35,652 nucleotides of DNA from a virus (lineage: Duplodnaviria > Caudoviricetes). Each line of letters starts with the position of its first letter. Position 1 is the stretch's first letter. This document shows, in pieces, positions 6,651 to 14,985 of the stretch. Position numbers and translations under genes: made by a program. The DNA is taken from IMG/VR virus record IMGVR_UViG_3300033067_000948, positions 1 to 35,652 of that record; one strand, written 5' to 3'. The notes beneath the pieces were generated by a model that worked only from the letters and a program-made list of their open reading frames with translations, searched no databases and was not told the DNA's origin.

Positions 6651-7061
6651 ATGCCGTACTCTACTAGCGTCATAGATTTTAGTGCCGACCAGGTTACTGT
6701 TATAATAGAAGGAATTGGCGGGAGTGTGTCTGCTAGCGGCAATACCAATATTGATACACAGTTTCCAGAAAAGCGCCTAATCAATGCCGGATCCTTGCTG
6801 GTTAATGGCGGCAAGCTAGGCGATCGAGTGTCACTTCAAGTAGTGGATGTGGCAGGAACTGTAGCTCCGGCCGGCACCGTATTGAATACTTTTGCCAAAG
6901 ATATGTACGTAAACCCACAGCAAGTATTTCAGATCCATTACGACATACCTTACGTAGCCGCACTGCATACATTCATGACACTGCGCATTGTATACTCGGC
7001 CACGGACGCTGACACCAGACAGGTGTACCTCAATCTGATTGGGCACATACCAAAGGACTGA
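6651..7061 (+). CDS. beta-rich hypothetical protein, 136 aa
   Basis: GAGGT SD; tightly packed in the operon. Confidence 0.65.
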   Translation: MPYSTSVIDFSADQVTVIIEGIGGSVSASGNTNIDTQFPEKRLINAGSLLVNGGKLGDRVSLQVVDVAGTVAPAGTVLNTFAKDMYVNPQQVFQIHYDIPYVAALHTFMTLRIVYSATDADTRQVYLNLIGHIPKD

Positions 7062-7065
7062 CAGC

Positions 7066-7500
7066 ATGGAGATAATCTTTTCTAAAAATAACAAGCCTCT
7101 GAGTCATATGATCTGCGCAGTGACAAACGAGCCTGTGTCCCACTGTGCAATCAAAGTAGGAGACTTTGTGCTGCATAGTACGATCGGCGGCCCTGAGATT
7201 CGCACATTTGAGTACTTTTGCAGTCGAAATGAAATAGTGAGTTCTGTGCAAGTCCCTGTATCGGAGCGTGTCGCTGTTAGATGGATGACAAGGTTAGATA
7301 GTAAGTGGTATGACTATGCTGCCTTAGCCTACTTAGGTATGCGATACGCGGCTAAAGTTTGGCTAGGCATTCCGTTGCCCAAGGCCAACTTGTGGCGTGT
7401 GTCAGGTATGTACATGTGTACAGAGCTTGTCACTACGGTGCTGTTTGAAAAGGCCGATGCCATGCTGACGCCGTATCAGTTATATTTAAAATTGAGGTAA
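7066..7500 (+). CDS. permuted papain-like amidase (YiiX/YaeF, NlpC/P60 superfamily)
   Basis: His before Cys order: SHCAI...YDY...MYMCTELV; AAGGA SD supports ATG7066. Confidence 0.8.
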   Translation: MEIIFSKNNKPLSHMICAVTNEPVSHCAIKVGDFVLHSTIGGPEIRTFEYFCSRNEIVSSVQVPVSERVAVRWMTRLDSKWYDYAALAYLGMRYAAKVWLGIPLPKANLWRVSGMYMCTELVTTVLFEKADAMLTPYQLYLKLR

Positions 7501-7503
7501 CAC

Positions 7504-7881
7504 ATGGCAAAAACAGGCAAGGATGTTCAGCTGGTCGACTACCACAAGCGCCTACTAGAAATGGTGCGAGCGGATGTAGACAAAACTCAACCATGGGAAG
7601 AGCAAGAGAAGGAAGCCAAATCAATTATGGACGGCTTGCTAGGTCCTACGTGGCGCAATAAGGCTGACATGCTGGCGGAAGCCGGGCCGCAGGAAGAAGT
7701 GGCAAATGACGACTACTTAGACCTTTTGGACCACGTCGGCAATATGTACCAGATGGGCCGCGCCCCTGGAGTTAAGCATCCAATTACAGATGGTCCAAAC
7801 AAACCTGCGCCAAAGGCCGATATGTCTGAGGCGCTGTTAGAACTGCGCGACGCGATTAACAAATTGCTGGATGCCAAGTGA
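7504..7881 (+). CDS. hypothetical protein directly upstream of terL (alternative TerS candidate)
   Basis: GAGGT SD; GTGA overlap with terL; helical. Confidence 0.6.
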   Translation: MAKTGKDVQLVDYHKRLLEMVRADVDKTQPWEEQEKEAKSIMDGLLGPTWRNKADMLAEAGPQEEVANDDYLDLLDHVGNMYQMGRAPGVKHPITDGPNKPAPKADMSEALLELRDAINKLLDAK

Positions 7882-9344
7882 ATACAGACGTAGAGAAAAA
7901 GTTACTGGTTGCCGCTATTCAGCGGCGGGAGTCTATGGCTCGCAAAGAGAGCTTTGACCCGCACGTCTTAGGTTCCAAGCCCACAGCTAAGCAGCTAGAA
8001 GTGCTACGCGACATTGAAGGCTTTTACTCTCGATACGTGGTAGCTGGTAACCAGTCTGGTAAGACTATGTTGGCAGGACGGGAGGCCGCCTGGATCTTTA
8101 CCAATACCCATCCGTTCATCGACACCAAGGCTGTGTGGGGCGATCGGCCGCTGATCATGCTCATACTAGGGCAGACTACCAAGCAGCTAGAAACTGAGAT
8201 TTGGGGCAACAAGATCCAGCCACACTTGGATCCTGCCGAGTACCAGGTGCACAGTTCCGGCGGCGTGCTGCAGTCTGTGACTAACCGCAAAAATGGCAAC
8301 AAGATGCTGTTCATATCGCACCACAATGCCAATGACGCACGTAAGAACTCGCAGGCCTTTGTGGCTCAGTGGGTGTGGCTGGACGAAATGCCGTCCTCGC
8401 TGTCACTGTTTTCCGAGCTGGAAACGCGTACCATTGCTACCAAGGGGCGCTTCATCTGCACGTTCACGCCGCTAATTCGTAACCCCGAGATTAAAAAGAA
8501 GATTGAGACGGTAGACCCTAAGTATGGCAAGAAGTACAAGTTTGCCATGTTTGACAACCCTATTTATGCTGGCCGAGAAGAAGAGTTAATGGCCCGCTAT
8601 TCCTCGTTGCCTGAAGGGGAGCGCAACGCCCGTCTGTACGGCGACTGGTTCATCGGCGACCGGGGCGTGTACCGCTTTGACGAGAACCTCCATATGGAGA
8701 ATCCAGAGGGGTACCATCCTTCTTGGCGGCACGTCGAGATTGTAGACCCCGCCGCCGCCGGTTATGCAGGATACGCTCTCATCGCCGAGTGCCCCAAGAA
8801 CCACCGCTGGTACTTGATACGGGGCGAAAACGTGCAGGGTGACTCCGCCTCGGAGTTGTTGCAGGCGTTTGCTAAGCGGAGCGAAGGTGTGAATCTGATC
8901 CGTCGCATCAGCGATCCGCACGAGCAGTGGTTTATTAAAGAGGCCAACAAGGCCAAGATAGTCTACCACGGCGTGTTCAATAAGAATAATAACCGCAAGT
9001 TAGAGTTGATCAAGCAGCTCCAGGACCGCCTGGATGATGGCCGCTTAAAGATTACGGACTGGGCAGGTGAGCAGGTCATTGAGCAGTTTATGAGCTGTCA
9101 GTGGTCTGAGTCGCGCGAGGACAAGATTGTTCGCGCGTCCGACTACCACATCCTTGATTGCCTTCAGTATTTCTGTGATCAGATACCAAAGCCGGAGACG
9201 CGCCCTGCCGATATGTCCTGGGAACAGCAGCTGATTATGCAGCACACCGCACGCAAAAATTCAGCTATTGAAAAAGCTAAGCAAAAAAAGAAGCTTACCT
9301 TCGGACGCATACCTAGACCGAAGATCTACAGAGGCGGGTACTGA
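7878..9344 (+). CDS. terL: terminase large subunit
   Basis: Walker A AGNQSGKT, Walker B WVWLDEMP, coupling motif TFTP, RNase H-like nuclease residues IVDPAAAG and HILDCLQY. Confidence 0.93.
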   Translation: MNTDVEKKLLVAAIQRRESMARKESFDPHVLGSKPTAKQLEVLRDIEGFYSRYVVAGNQSGKTMLAGREAAWIFTNTHPFIDTKAVWGDRPLIMLILGQTTKQLETEIWGNKIQPHLDPAEYQVHSSGGVLQSVTNRKNGNKMLFISHHNANDARKNSQAFVAQWVWLDEMPSSLSLFSELETRTIATKGRFICTFTPLIRNPEIKKKIETVDPKYGKKYKFAMFDNPIYAGREEELMARYSSLPEGERNARLYGDWFIGDRGVYRFDENLHMENPEGYHPSWRHVEIVDPAAAGYAGYALIAECPKNHRWYLIRGENVQGDSASELLQAFAKRSEGVNLIRRISDPHEQWFIKEANKAKIVYHGVFNKNNNRKLELIKQLQDRLDDGRLKITDWAGEQVIEQFMSCQWSESREDKIVRASDYHILDCLQYFCDQIPKPETRPADMSWEQQLIMQHTARKNSAIEKAKQKKKLTFGRIPRPKIYRGGY

Positions 9345-9496
9345 TGGACGCAGTGATCGCAGGATTCTACCTCGGCCTTTTTGTTTTTGCCCTTAACGGG
9401 TTACAGCTGGTTGCCCTCAATCAAAAAGCGCGGCAGTTAGAGGCCAAAGAGGAAGACATCCGCCGTTTGCTCATTAGAATCAAACTTCGCAAGTAA
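9344..9496 (+). CDS. small membrane-anchored protein, 50 aa, not in the ORF track
   Basis: TGATG coupling to terL; MDAVIAGFYLGLFVFALNGLQLVAL hydrophobic stretch followed by a charged helix; fills the terL-portal gap. Confidence 0.7.
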   Translation: MDAVIAGFYLGLFVFALNGLQLVALNQKARQLEAKEEDIRRLLIRIKLRK

Positions 9497-9505
9497 GGAA
9501 CTACC

Positions 9506-11446
9506 ATGGCAAAAGTCGTCAGCTGGGATATGGCAGAATGGCGCAAGCGCATGGAAACGCTCTTTGCTGAGGCGAAAGGGTACCGCGCTCCGTATGAAAC
9601 CGTGTGGGCCGCTAACATCAACCAGTACGCTGGCAACCTTGGCTTCCGCAATGCCGGTAACGCTAACATAACCTTCGACTCCTTGGCCGAACTCGCAGCT
9701 GGAACGCCAGAAGGCGGGGACTCCGCAATCGGCGTCAACTATATTTTTAAGTATACTCGCTTTATCCACAGCCAGCTATCTGCCAACCCTCCCAGCGTGA
9801 TTGTGCGCCCCTCCACTACGGATCCGGGCGATGGCCAGAAGGCGGATGCGGCAGACCGCGTCGCCCGATTTGCTCGCGACACAAAAGACATTCCAGAAGA
9901 AGTTGACATGATGAACTTGTACACCCTGGTTTGTGGCATTGGCTGCATCAAGGTGTACCATGATAAAGATGGCGGCGATATCAAGGACTTCGACGAAGCC
10001 AGCGGCGAAGTGGAGATGACTGGCGACGAGTGTATCAAGCACCTCAGCATGTTCAACGTGTGGATAGATCCAAAAGCCAAAGATCTCCGAAGCCTGCGCC
10101 ACGTGTTCGAGCGCGAACTGATCACGATCGAAGAGGCCGTGTATCGCTGGCCGGATCACAAGGATAAGATTGAAGAGAATCGCTTCGAGTACAATCCCGA
10201 AGAGGGCGGAGACCCGATGATCGCCAAGAAGCACGCTGCTTACAAAGAGCCGTGCGTGGAGATCTTTCACTACACCGAGCGCGGCCTACCCACTAACGGC
10301 ATGGTGGGACGCTATGCCTGCTTCCTTAAAGACTTTACGTTCCTTGGCAAGCCTTGCAAAAACCAGCACCCAAACGCCGGGCTGCCCTATAAGTTCCTGA
10401 CTTTTGTGGACGTGCCTGGTAGCGTGTACGCCAAGTCCGTGGCCGACTACGCTGCACGCGTGCAGGACATGTTGAACCGGATCGACAGCAATACCCTAGA
10501 CAGCATCCAGGCCCACAATGTCGTTCGCATGGTTATCCCCGACACGGCGGACGTGGCTGATGACGATGTGTCCAACAGCTCCTGGGACTGGATCAAAGTG
10601 TCTGGCGCGCAGGATGCCAACTCAATTCGTTTTGTGAACCCTCCCGCTTTGATGCCCGATATGTGGCAGTTCCGCGATACCTACCGCCAGGAGCTGCAAG
10701 ACATGTATGGCATCAACGACTCTATGCTTGGTATCCAGCAGCGCGAGCAGTCGGCCGTGTCGCAGCAGACGGCTATTCAAGCCGGTACCGCCATCCATCG
10801 CCGCCTCCTCAAGAAGTACGAGACTGTGGTACGCGAGATCTACAAAGACTACCTCGAACTGGTCCAGAAGTACTGGGACACGCCGCGCATCGTCAAGGTG
10901 ATCGGTAAGGATAAAGCGTTCGAATCAGTCAAGCTCAAAGGTGCCGACATCAAAGGTGGTTATGACATTATTGCGGAATATGGCACCAGCTTGCCGATTG
11001 ATCCAAACATGCGCCGCGAAGCCATCATGCTCATGATGCCGATGTTTGAAAAGGCCGGCATCAGTATGCAGACCATCCTCAAGCATCTGAAGCTTAACGA
11101 ACTGGAAAGCTTGTACGATATCAACGACATGGCCGCCGACCGCCAGATGGAAGTATTTGAAGAGATGACGGCCCTGTTCCGGCGCGGCAAACCTACGTAT
11201 ATCCAGCCAAAAGAGATGGAGAACCACGTGGGCCGCCTGGCTGCCGCTAAACAATATCTGGAAACTTCCGAGTTTAAGTATCTGGAGCCTGAGTTGCAAG
11301 ATCTGATCCGTCAGCACATCCGCGAACGCGAGCAGCTTTTGGCCAACGAACAGCCGCAGCAACCAGCGGTAGGCCCAACTGAGGTAGCCGGCATGCCGGC
11401 CCCAGTCGATACCGGCGCGCTTCTCCAGCAAGCCGGCGTAGTTTGA
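9506..11446 (+). CDS. portal protein
   Basis: 646 aa following terL; N-terminal helix, SQLSANPPSVIVRP, GIGCIKVYHD, QDMYGINDSMLG: layout of P22-like podovirus portals. Confidence 0.85.
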   Translation: MAKVVSWDMAEWRKRMETLFAEAKGYRAPYETVWAANINQYAGNLGFRNAGNANITFDSLAELAAGTPEGGDSAIGVNYIFKYTRFIHSQLSANPPSVIVRPSTTDPGDGQKADAADRVARFARDTKDIPEEVDMMNLYTLVCGIGCIKVYHDKDGGDIKDFDEASGEVEMTGDECIKHLSMFNVWIDPKAKDLRSLRHVFERELITIEEAVYRWPDHKDKIEENRFEYNPEEGGDPMIAKKHAAYKEPCVEIFHYTERGLPTNGMVGRYACFLKDFTFLGKPCKNQHPNAGLPYKFLTFVDVPGSVYAKSVADYAARVQDMLNRIDSNTLDSIQAHNVVRMVIPDTADVADDDVSNSSWDWIKVSGAQDANSIRFVNPPALMPDMWQFRDTYRQELQDMYGINDSMLGIQQREQSAVSQQTAIQAGTAIHRRLLKKYETVVREIYKDYLELVQKYWDTPRIVKVIGKDKAFESVKLKGADIKGGYDIIAEYGTSLPIDPNMRREAIMLMMPMFEKAGISMQTILKHLKLNELESLYDINDMAADRQMEVFEEMTALFRRGKPTYIQPKEMENHVGRLAAAKQYLETSEFKYLEPELQDLIRQHIREREQLLANEQPQQPAVGPTEVAGMPAPVDTGALLQQAGVV

Positions 11447-11449
11447 AGA

Positions 11450-11506
11450 TACCCTGTCAAGGTGCAGGATTCTTATATTAAACGCTACCCTGTCGAGGTG
11501 CAGGAT
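11450..11506 (+). repeat. tandem 21-bp direct repeat, each copy a hairpin, in the scaffold gene leader
   Basis: TACCCTGTCAAGGTGCAGGAT (11450-11470) and TACCCTGTCGAGGTGCAGGAT (11486-11506). Confidence 0.9.
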
Positions 11507-11521
11507 GCAAGGAGATGTTAG

Positions 11522-12634
11522 ATGAATGAGTTGAGTGTAGACATTGCAGCAGAAATTGCTGCGCTTAATGCTTCCTCGGCCCCAGCGCCCCAAGCGGATA
11601 TTCCGCAGCCAGCGCCCGCCGACGACTTCGAGGTACCCGATCCATCCTTTTGGGATGACCCCAGCAAAGAGTTGGGAGACGTGCTCGGACTGGATGCTGG
11701 CAATAAGGACGCTTCGGCTCCTGCCAAACCAGCTGACCAAACGCCTAAGACTGCAGCAGCTCGCGCTGACGAAGCGGCCAAGGCAGCAGCCCAAGCAATC
11801 GCGTACAAATCGAACGGCAAGGAAAAAGTTCTCGATCTGACCAAACCTGAGACGATCGAAGAGATTAAGCGTAAGCTTGCAATCGCTGACGGTAAAGAGA
11901 AAGCCTTTGACGCAGCGGCGCAGTACAAGCAACAGATGCAGGCAATGGAAGCTGAACTCAAGCAGGCTCGCGAGGCTGCCCAACTTTGGGACAAGGTCGA
12001 GGCCCTGCGGTACGACAAAGCAAAATTGATCGAGCTGTTCACTGGACAAAAGTACGACGACTTCGTTCAAGAAGAGGTGGCCAAGCACCAAATCAAGACG
12101 ATGGGTACTGAAGAAGAGAAGCGCCTCCTGGAGCAACAGGACCGCATCCGCGCCCTCGAAGAGCGACTGAAGCTAGGCGAGGAGATGACCAAGAAGCAAG
12201 CCGCAGAGGCAGAGAAGAAGAGGCAGGCTGCAGAGGCAGCTAAGTCCGAAGCTCAGCAAGAGTGGCTGAAAACTAACATCGAGCGCGAGTACTTCCGTCA
12301 TACTGACGCCATCCAAGACGACAGTGTCAAGGAGCTGGTTTACCAGAAGTCGATCCTCGACATCAAGAAGATGTACAAGGAATACGGCAAGGTAACCAAC
12401 AAGATGGTAGAGAAGGCTTTTGCAGATAATGCCAAGCGTCTCAAGGCGTTCCATGAACAGACAGTTGATGCAAACACATCAAAGGCTTTAGATAGCAAGC
12501 GCCAGGCAGCCAGTGCGGCAGCCGAAGCGGCGTCAACCAAGAACTACGATGCAGATATCGAAACGAGCAACCTGGCTAATCTGTCGCCGGACAAGCTCTT
12601 CAAAGCAATGAAATTTCTCAACAGTAAACGCTAA
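11522..12634 (+). CDS. capsid scaffolding protein
   Basis: Between portal and capsid genes; acidic P/A-rich N-terminus, long coiled coil; AAGGAG SD. Confidence 0.75.
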   Translation: MNELSVDIAAEIAALNASSAPAPQADIPQPAPADDFEVPDPSFWDDPSKELGDVLGLDAGNKDASAPAKPADQTPKTAAARADEAAKAAAQAIAYKSNGKEKVLDLTKPETIEEIKRKLAIADGKEKAFDAAAQYKQQMQAMEAELKQAREAAQLWDKVEALRYDKAKLIELFTGQKYDDFVQEEVAKHQIKTMGTEEEKRLLEQQDRIRALEERLKLGEEMTKKQAAEAEKKRQAAEAAKSEAQQEWLKTNIEREYFRHTDAIQDDSVKELVYQKSILDIKKMYKEYGKVTNKMVEKAFADNAKRLKAFHEQTVDANTSKALDSKRQAASAAAEAASTKNYDADIETSNLANLSPDKLFKAMKFLNSKR

Positions 12635-12644
12635 AGGATAAACA

Positions 12645-14003
12645 ATGGCTACTTCAGCAGTAACGAACCTCGGTGGATTGGACATCGGTAAGTATTTGAA
12701 AATTATCTCTAAGGGCGGAGTTTATAACAACTTGCCCGAAGATTCAGCGATGTGGGAAAACATCCTGAAGAAGAAAAAAGGCACGGACGAAGGCCGCGAA
12801 CTCCGCTACCTTATCCGCTCGGCCTACGGCGCATCTGCAGCCAACTTCATGGCGATCGGCGGCGGCAGCTTCCCGAACGCTCAGAAGTCCAGCCTGCAAG
12901 AAGGTACCGCCCAATACAAAGACTTCGCCCTCACGATCGAAGTACAGCGCGACGTTATCGCCCGTGCTATCAGCGACTTCAGCCGCTACGGCGAGCCCAT
13001 CGCTGAAGAGATCCGCGCCAAGACAATCACGCTCAGCCGTCAGCTGTCCGCAGCTGTCTACGCTGACGGAACTGGCGTACTTGCCCAGGCAACCGGCGCT
13101 GGTACCATCAGCTCTGGCCGCATCGTCCTCCCTCTCGGCTCTGCTTCTACCTCGCGCGGCTTCATCGGCTGGCTCGAACTGGGTGACCGCGTAGTCGTCG
13201 CCACGCTCGCCGGCGTACAGACTGACCCAACCGTCTCTTCCGGCACCTTCGCCTGGTTCTCTGTCTATGACAAGGACCGCAGCGCCGGCACCGTTACGCT
13301 GGAAGCACAAAACTCTGCTGGCACAGCTCTGACTGTGACCGCTACAAACATCCTCAACACTATGGTCATCTACAAGTACGGCAGCCAGATCAACGACTTG
13401 GCTTCCGTTACAACCGAAGATTACAACAGCCTGTCGTACTACTACCCAGGCCTGCAGGCCCTGGCGGCTGCTGATGGTCGCAAAGTCAACGGCTTGACCA
13501 TGAGCGGCGCCCTCAAAGGCACCAAGCGTGATGTCAGCGGCAACCCTATCGACAGTTCCGACTTCCAGAAGCTGATGAGCCAGGTTAAGTTGAATGTCGG
13601 CGCAAACCGCTATAAGTACACCCGCGCTATGATGGCCTGGGAAACTCGCGACGCCCTGGCTGAGAGCCGCGAAACTGACCGTCGCTTTGTGACAATCAAA
13701 GACAACAAGCGCGGTGTGGAAGGCGGACTTGCCTACGTACACGGCAAGGACACGCTGGCTTTTGAAGCTGACGAGTTCTGCCCAACGCAGTCTATCTGGG
13801 TTTGCCCAGAAGGCGACGTTCTCCAGTTCTGGGGCGCGGACTTCGAGTTCGTTGAGCCACAAGCCGGCCAGAAGTTCTTCCTGAAGCCTAACAGCTCGGG
13901 CCACGACAACACCATCCGGTCCTACATGATGGGCCATGGTACTCTTACTTGCGTTCACCCAGCGGCTGTTGGTCAAATCAGTAATTTTACAGTTGGATCA
14001 TAA
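12645..14003 (+). CDS. major capsid protein (HK97 fold, with insertion domain)
   Basis: 452 aa after the scaffold; strongly biased codon usage; RQLSAAVYADGTG and GLQAL motifs typical of this capsid class. Confidence 0.85.
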   Translation: MATSAVTNLGGLDIGKYLKIISKGGVYNNLPEDSAMWENILKKKKGTDEGRELRYLIRSAYGASAANFMAIGGGSFPNAQKSSLQEGTAQYKDFALTIEVQRDVIARAISDFSRYGEPIAEEIRAKTITLSRQLSAAVYADGTGVLAQATGAGTISSGRIVLPLGSASTSRGFIGWLELGDRVVVATLAGVQTDPTVSSGTFAWFSVYDKDRSAGTVTLEAQNSAGTALTVTATNILNTMVIYKYGSQINDLASVTTEDYNSLSYYYPGLQALAAADGRKVNGLTMSGALKGTKRDVSGNPIDSSDFQKLMSQVKLNVGANRYKYTRAMMAWETRDALAESRETDRRFVTIKDNKRGVEGGLAYVHGKDTLAFEADEFCPTQSIWVCPEGDVLQFWGADFEFVEPQAGQKFFLKPNSSGHDNTIRSYMMGHGTLTCVHPAAVGQISNFTVGS

Positions 14004-14013
14004 GGTTACAGCT

Positions 14014-14505
14014 ATGAGCAAAGAAGTGTTGCTTGACAATTTAGAATATGACAATGGGCAACTTAAGTGGAAACACTCTGGACCCAAAAAATCAAAAGGT
14101 AAGATTGCAGGCTCACTTCGACCTGACGGTCGGTACGAAGTTACAATAAACAGGAAAAGGTATCTCCGCAGTCACGCTGTGTGGATGATGTTTAATGGCG
14201 CAATACCGGCCGGCTTAGATGTAGACCACAGGAACACTGTCAAATCTGACGACCGTATTGAAAATCTGCGACTGGCCACAAGGTCGCAGAACCTTCAAAA
14301 TGTCGTAAGAACAAAAGGTAAAGTGTCCAGGTTTAAAGGTGTATCCTTAGACCTAAAAACTGGACTATGGTTTGCCAGGTTATGGCGAACAGAGACTAAG
14401 AAAAGTCAGTCCCTTGGATGGTTTAAGACTGAAGAGGAAGCTGCGGCAGCCTATGATAAAGCGGCCCAATCTTACTCTCAGTATATTCTGACCAACGGGT
14501 CGTGA
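14014..14505 (+). CDS. free-standing HNH-AP2 homing endonuclease
   Basis: VDHRNTVKSDDRIENLRLATRSQNLQN (HNH) plus SRFKGVS...WFARL...LGWFKTEEEAAAAYDKAA (AP2 domain); more AT-rich than its neighbours. Confidence 0.9.
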   Translation: MSKEVLLDNLEYDNGQLKWKHSGPKKSKGKIAGSLRPDGRYEVTINRKRYLRSHAVWMMFNGAIPAGLDVDHRNTVKSDDRIENLRLATRSQNLQNVVRTKGKVSRFKGVSLDLKTGLWFARLWRTETKKSQSLGWFKTEEEAAAAYDKAAQSYSQYILTNGS

Positions 14506-14526
14506 TCGTAACACTCATGCTCCATG

Positions 14527-14558
14527 GGGGCCGGGTCATGACGGCTCGGCCCCTTTTT
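14527..14558 (+). terminator. intrinsic terminator after the capsid/HNH genes
   Basis: GGGGCCGGGTC-ATGAC-GGCTCGGCCCC followed by TTTTT. Confidence 0.8.
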
Positions 14559-14578
14559 ACTTTCAAAGGAAATGAATC

Positions 14579-14935
14579 ATGGCAACTAAGTCCCATCAAC
14601 AAGCTTTTGGTAACTACCCAGAAAACTTTGACAAACGTGAAGCCCGCCTCCTGGCTGCCGGTTATTCTCTCGTTCAAGTCGCCGCCACCGAAACCTACAC
14701 TATGTCTGCTACGGAGAGCACCACACACGTAACCATGGCTGGTACTTCTGGTACAACTACATTGAAGTTGCCCCCAGTGGCCAACAGTCTTGGCCGCGTT
14801 GTGCGAGTGTATGTATCAGATTCTACCGGAACTGTACTAATCGAACAGGCCGATGGTACCGATCTGATTGCTGATGCTGCAGCTGGTCCCTATGAGTTCT
14901 TCTGCACATCCTCGGCTTGGGTTCGCGTAGGTTAA
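14579..14935 (+). CDS. putative capsid decoration / minor structural protein
   Basis: AAGGA SD; TTTLKLPPVANSLGRVVRV motif common in phage structural proteins; follows the capsid gene. Confidence 0.6.
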   Translation: MATKSHQQAFGNYPENFDKREARLLAAGYSLVQVAATETYTMSATESTTHVTMAGTSGTTTLKLPPVANSLGRVVRVYVSDSTGTVLIEQADGTDLIADAAAGPYEFFCTSSAWVRVG

Positions 14936-14946
14936 TTCTCTACGAT

Positions 14947-14962
14947 GGGGCAGCAATGCCCC
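14947..14962 (+). terminator. GNRA-capped hairpin, possible weak terminator or stabiliser
   Basis: GGGGCA-GCAA-TGCCCC; poor U-tract (TGTCT). Confidence 0.45.
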
Positions 14963-14985
14963 TGTCTAACATATAAGGTCAACAC

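Noticed and set aside
11450-11506. Direct repeat as a minimal CRISPR array
   Set aside because: Only two 21-nt copies with a 15-nt spacer, and no cas genes.
10925-12136. 403-aa antisense ORF across the portal and scaffold genes
   Set aside because: Shadow of two well-supported + strand genes; the sequence is not protein-like.
12744-13976. 410-aa antisense ORF across the capsid gene
   Set aside because: It mirrors the capsid reading frame; strong codon bias in a highly expressed gene removes antisense stops. No SD or recognisable motif.
13935-14505. Group I intron interrupting the capsid gene
   Set aside because: The capsid ORF ends normally at 14003, there is no room for intron core elements, and no downstream exon is evident.
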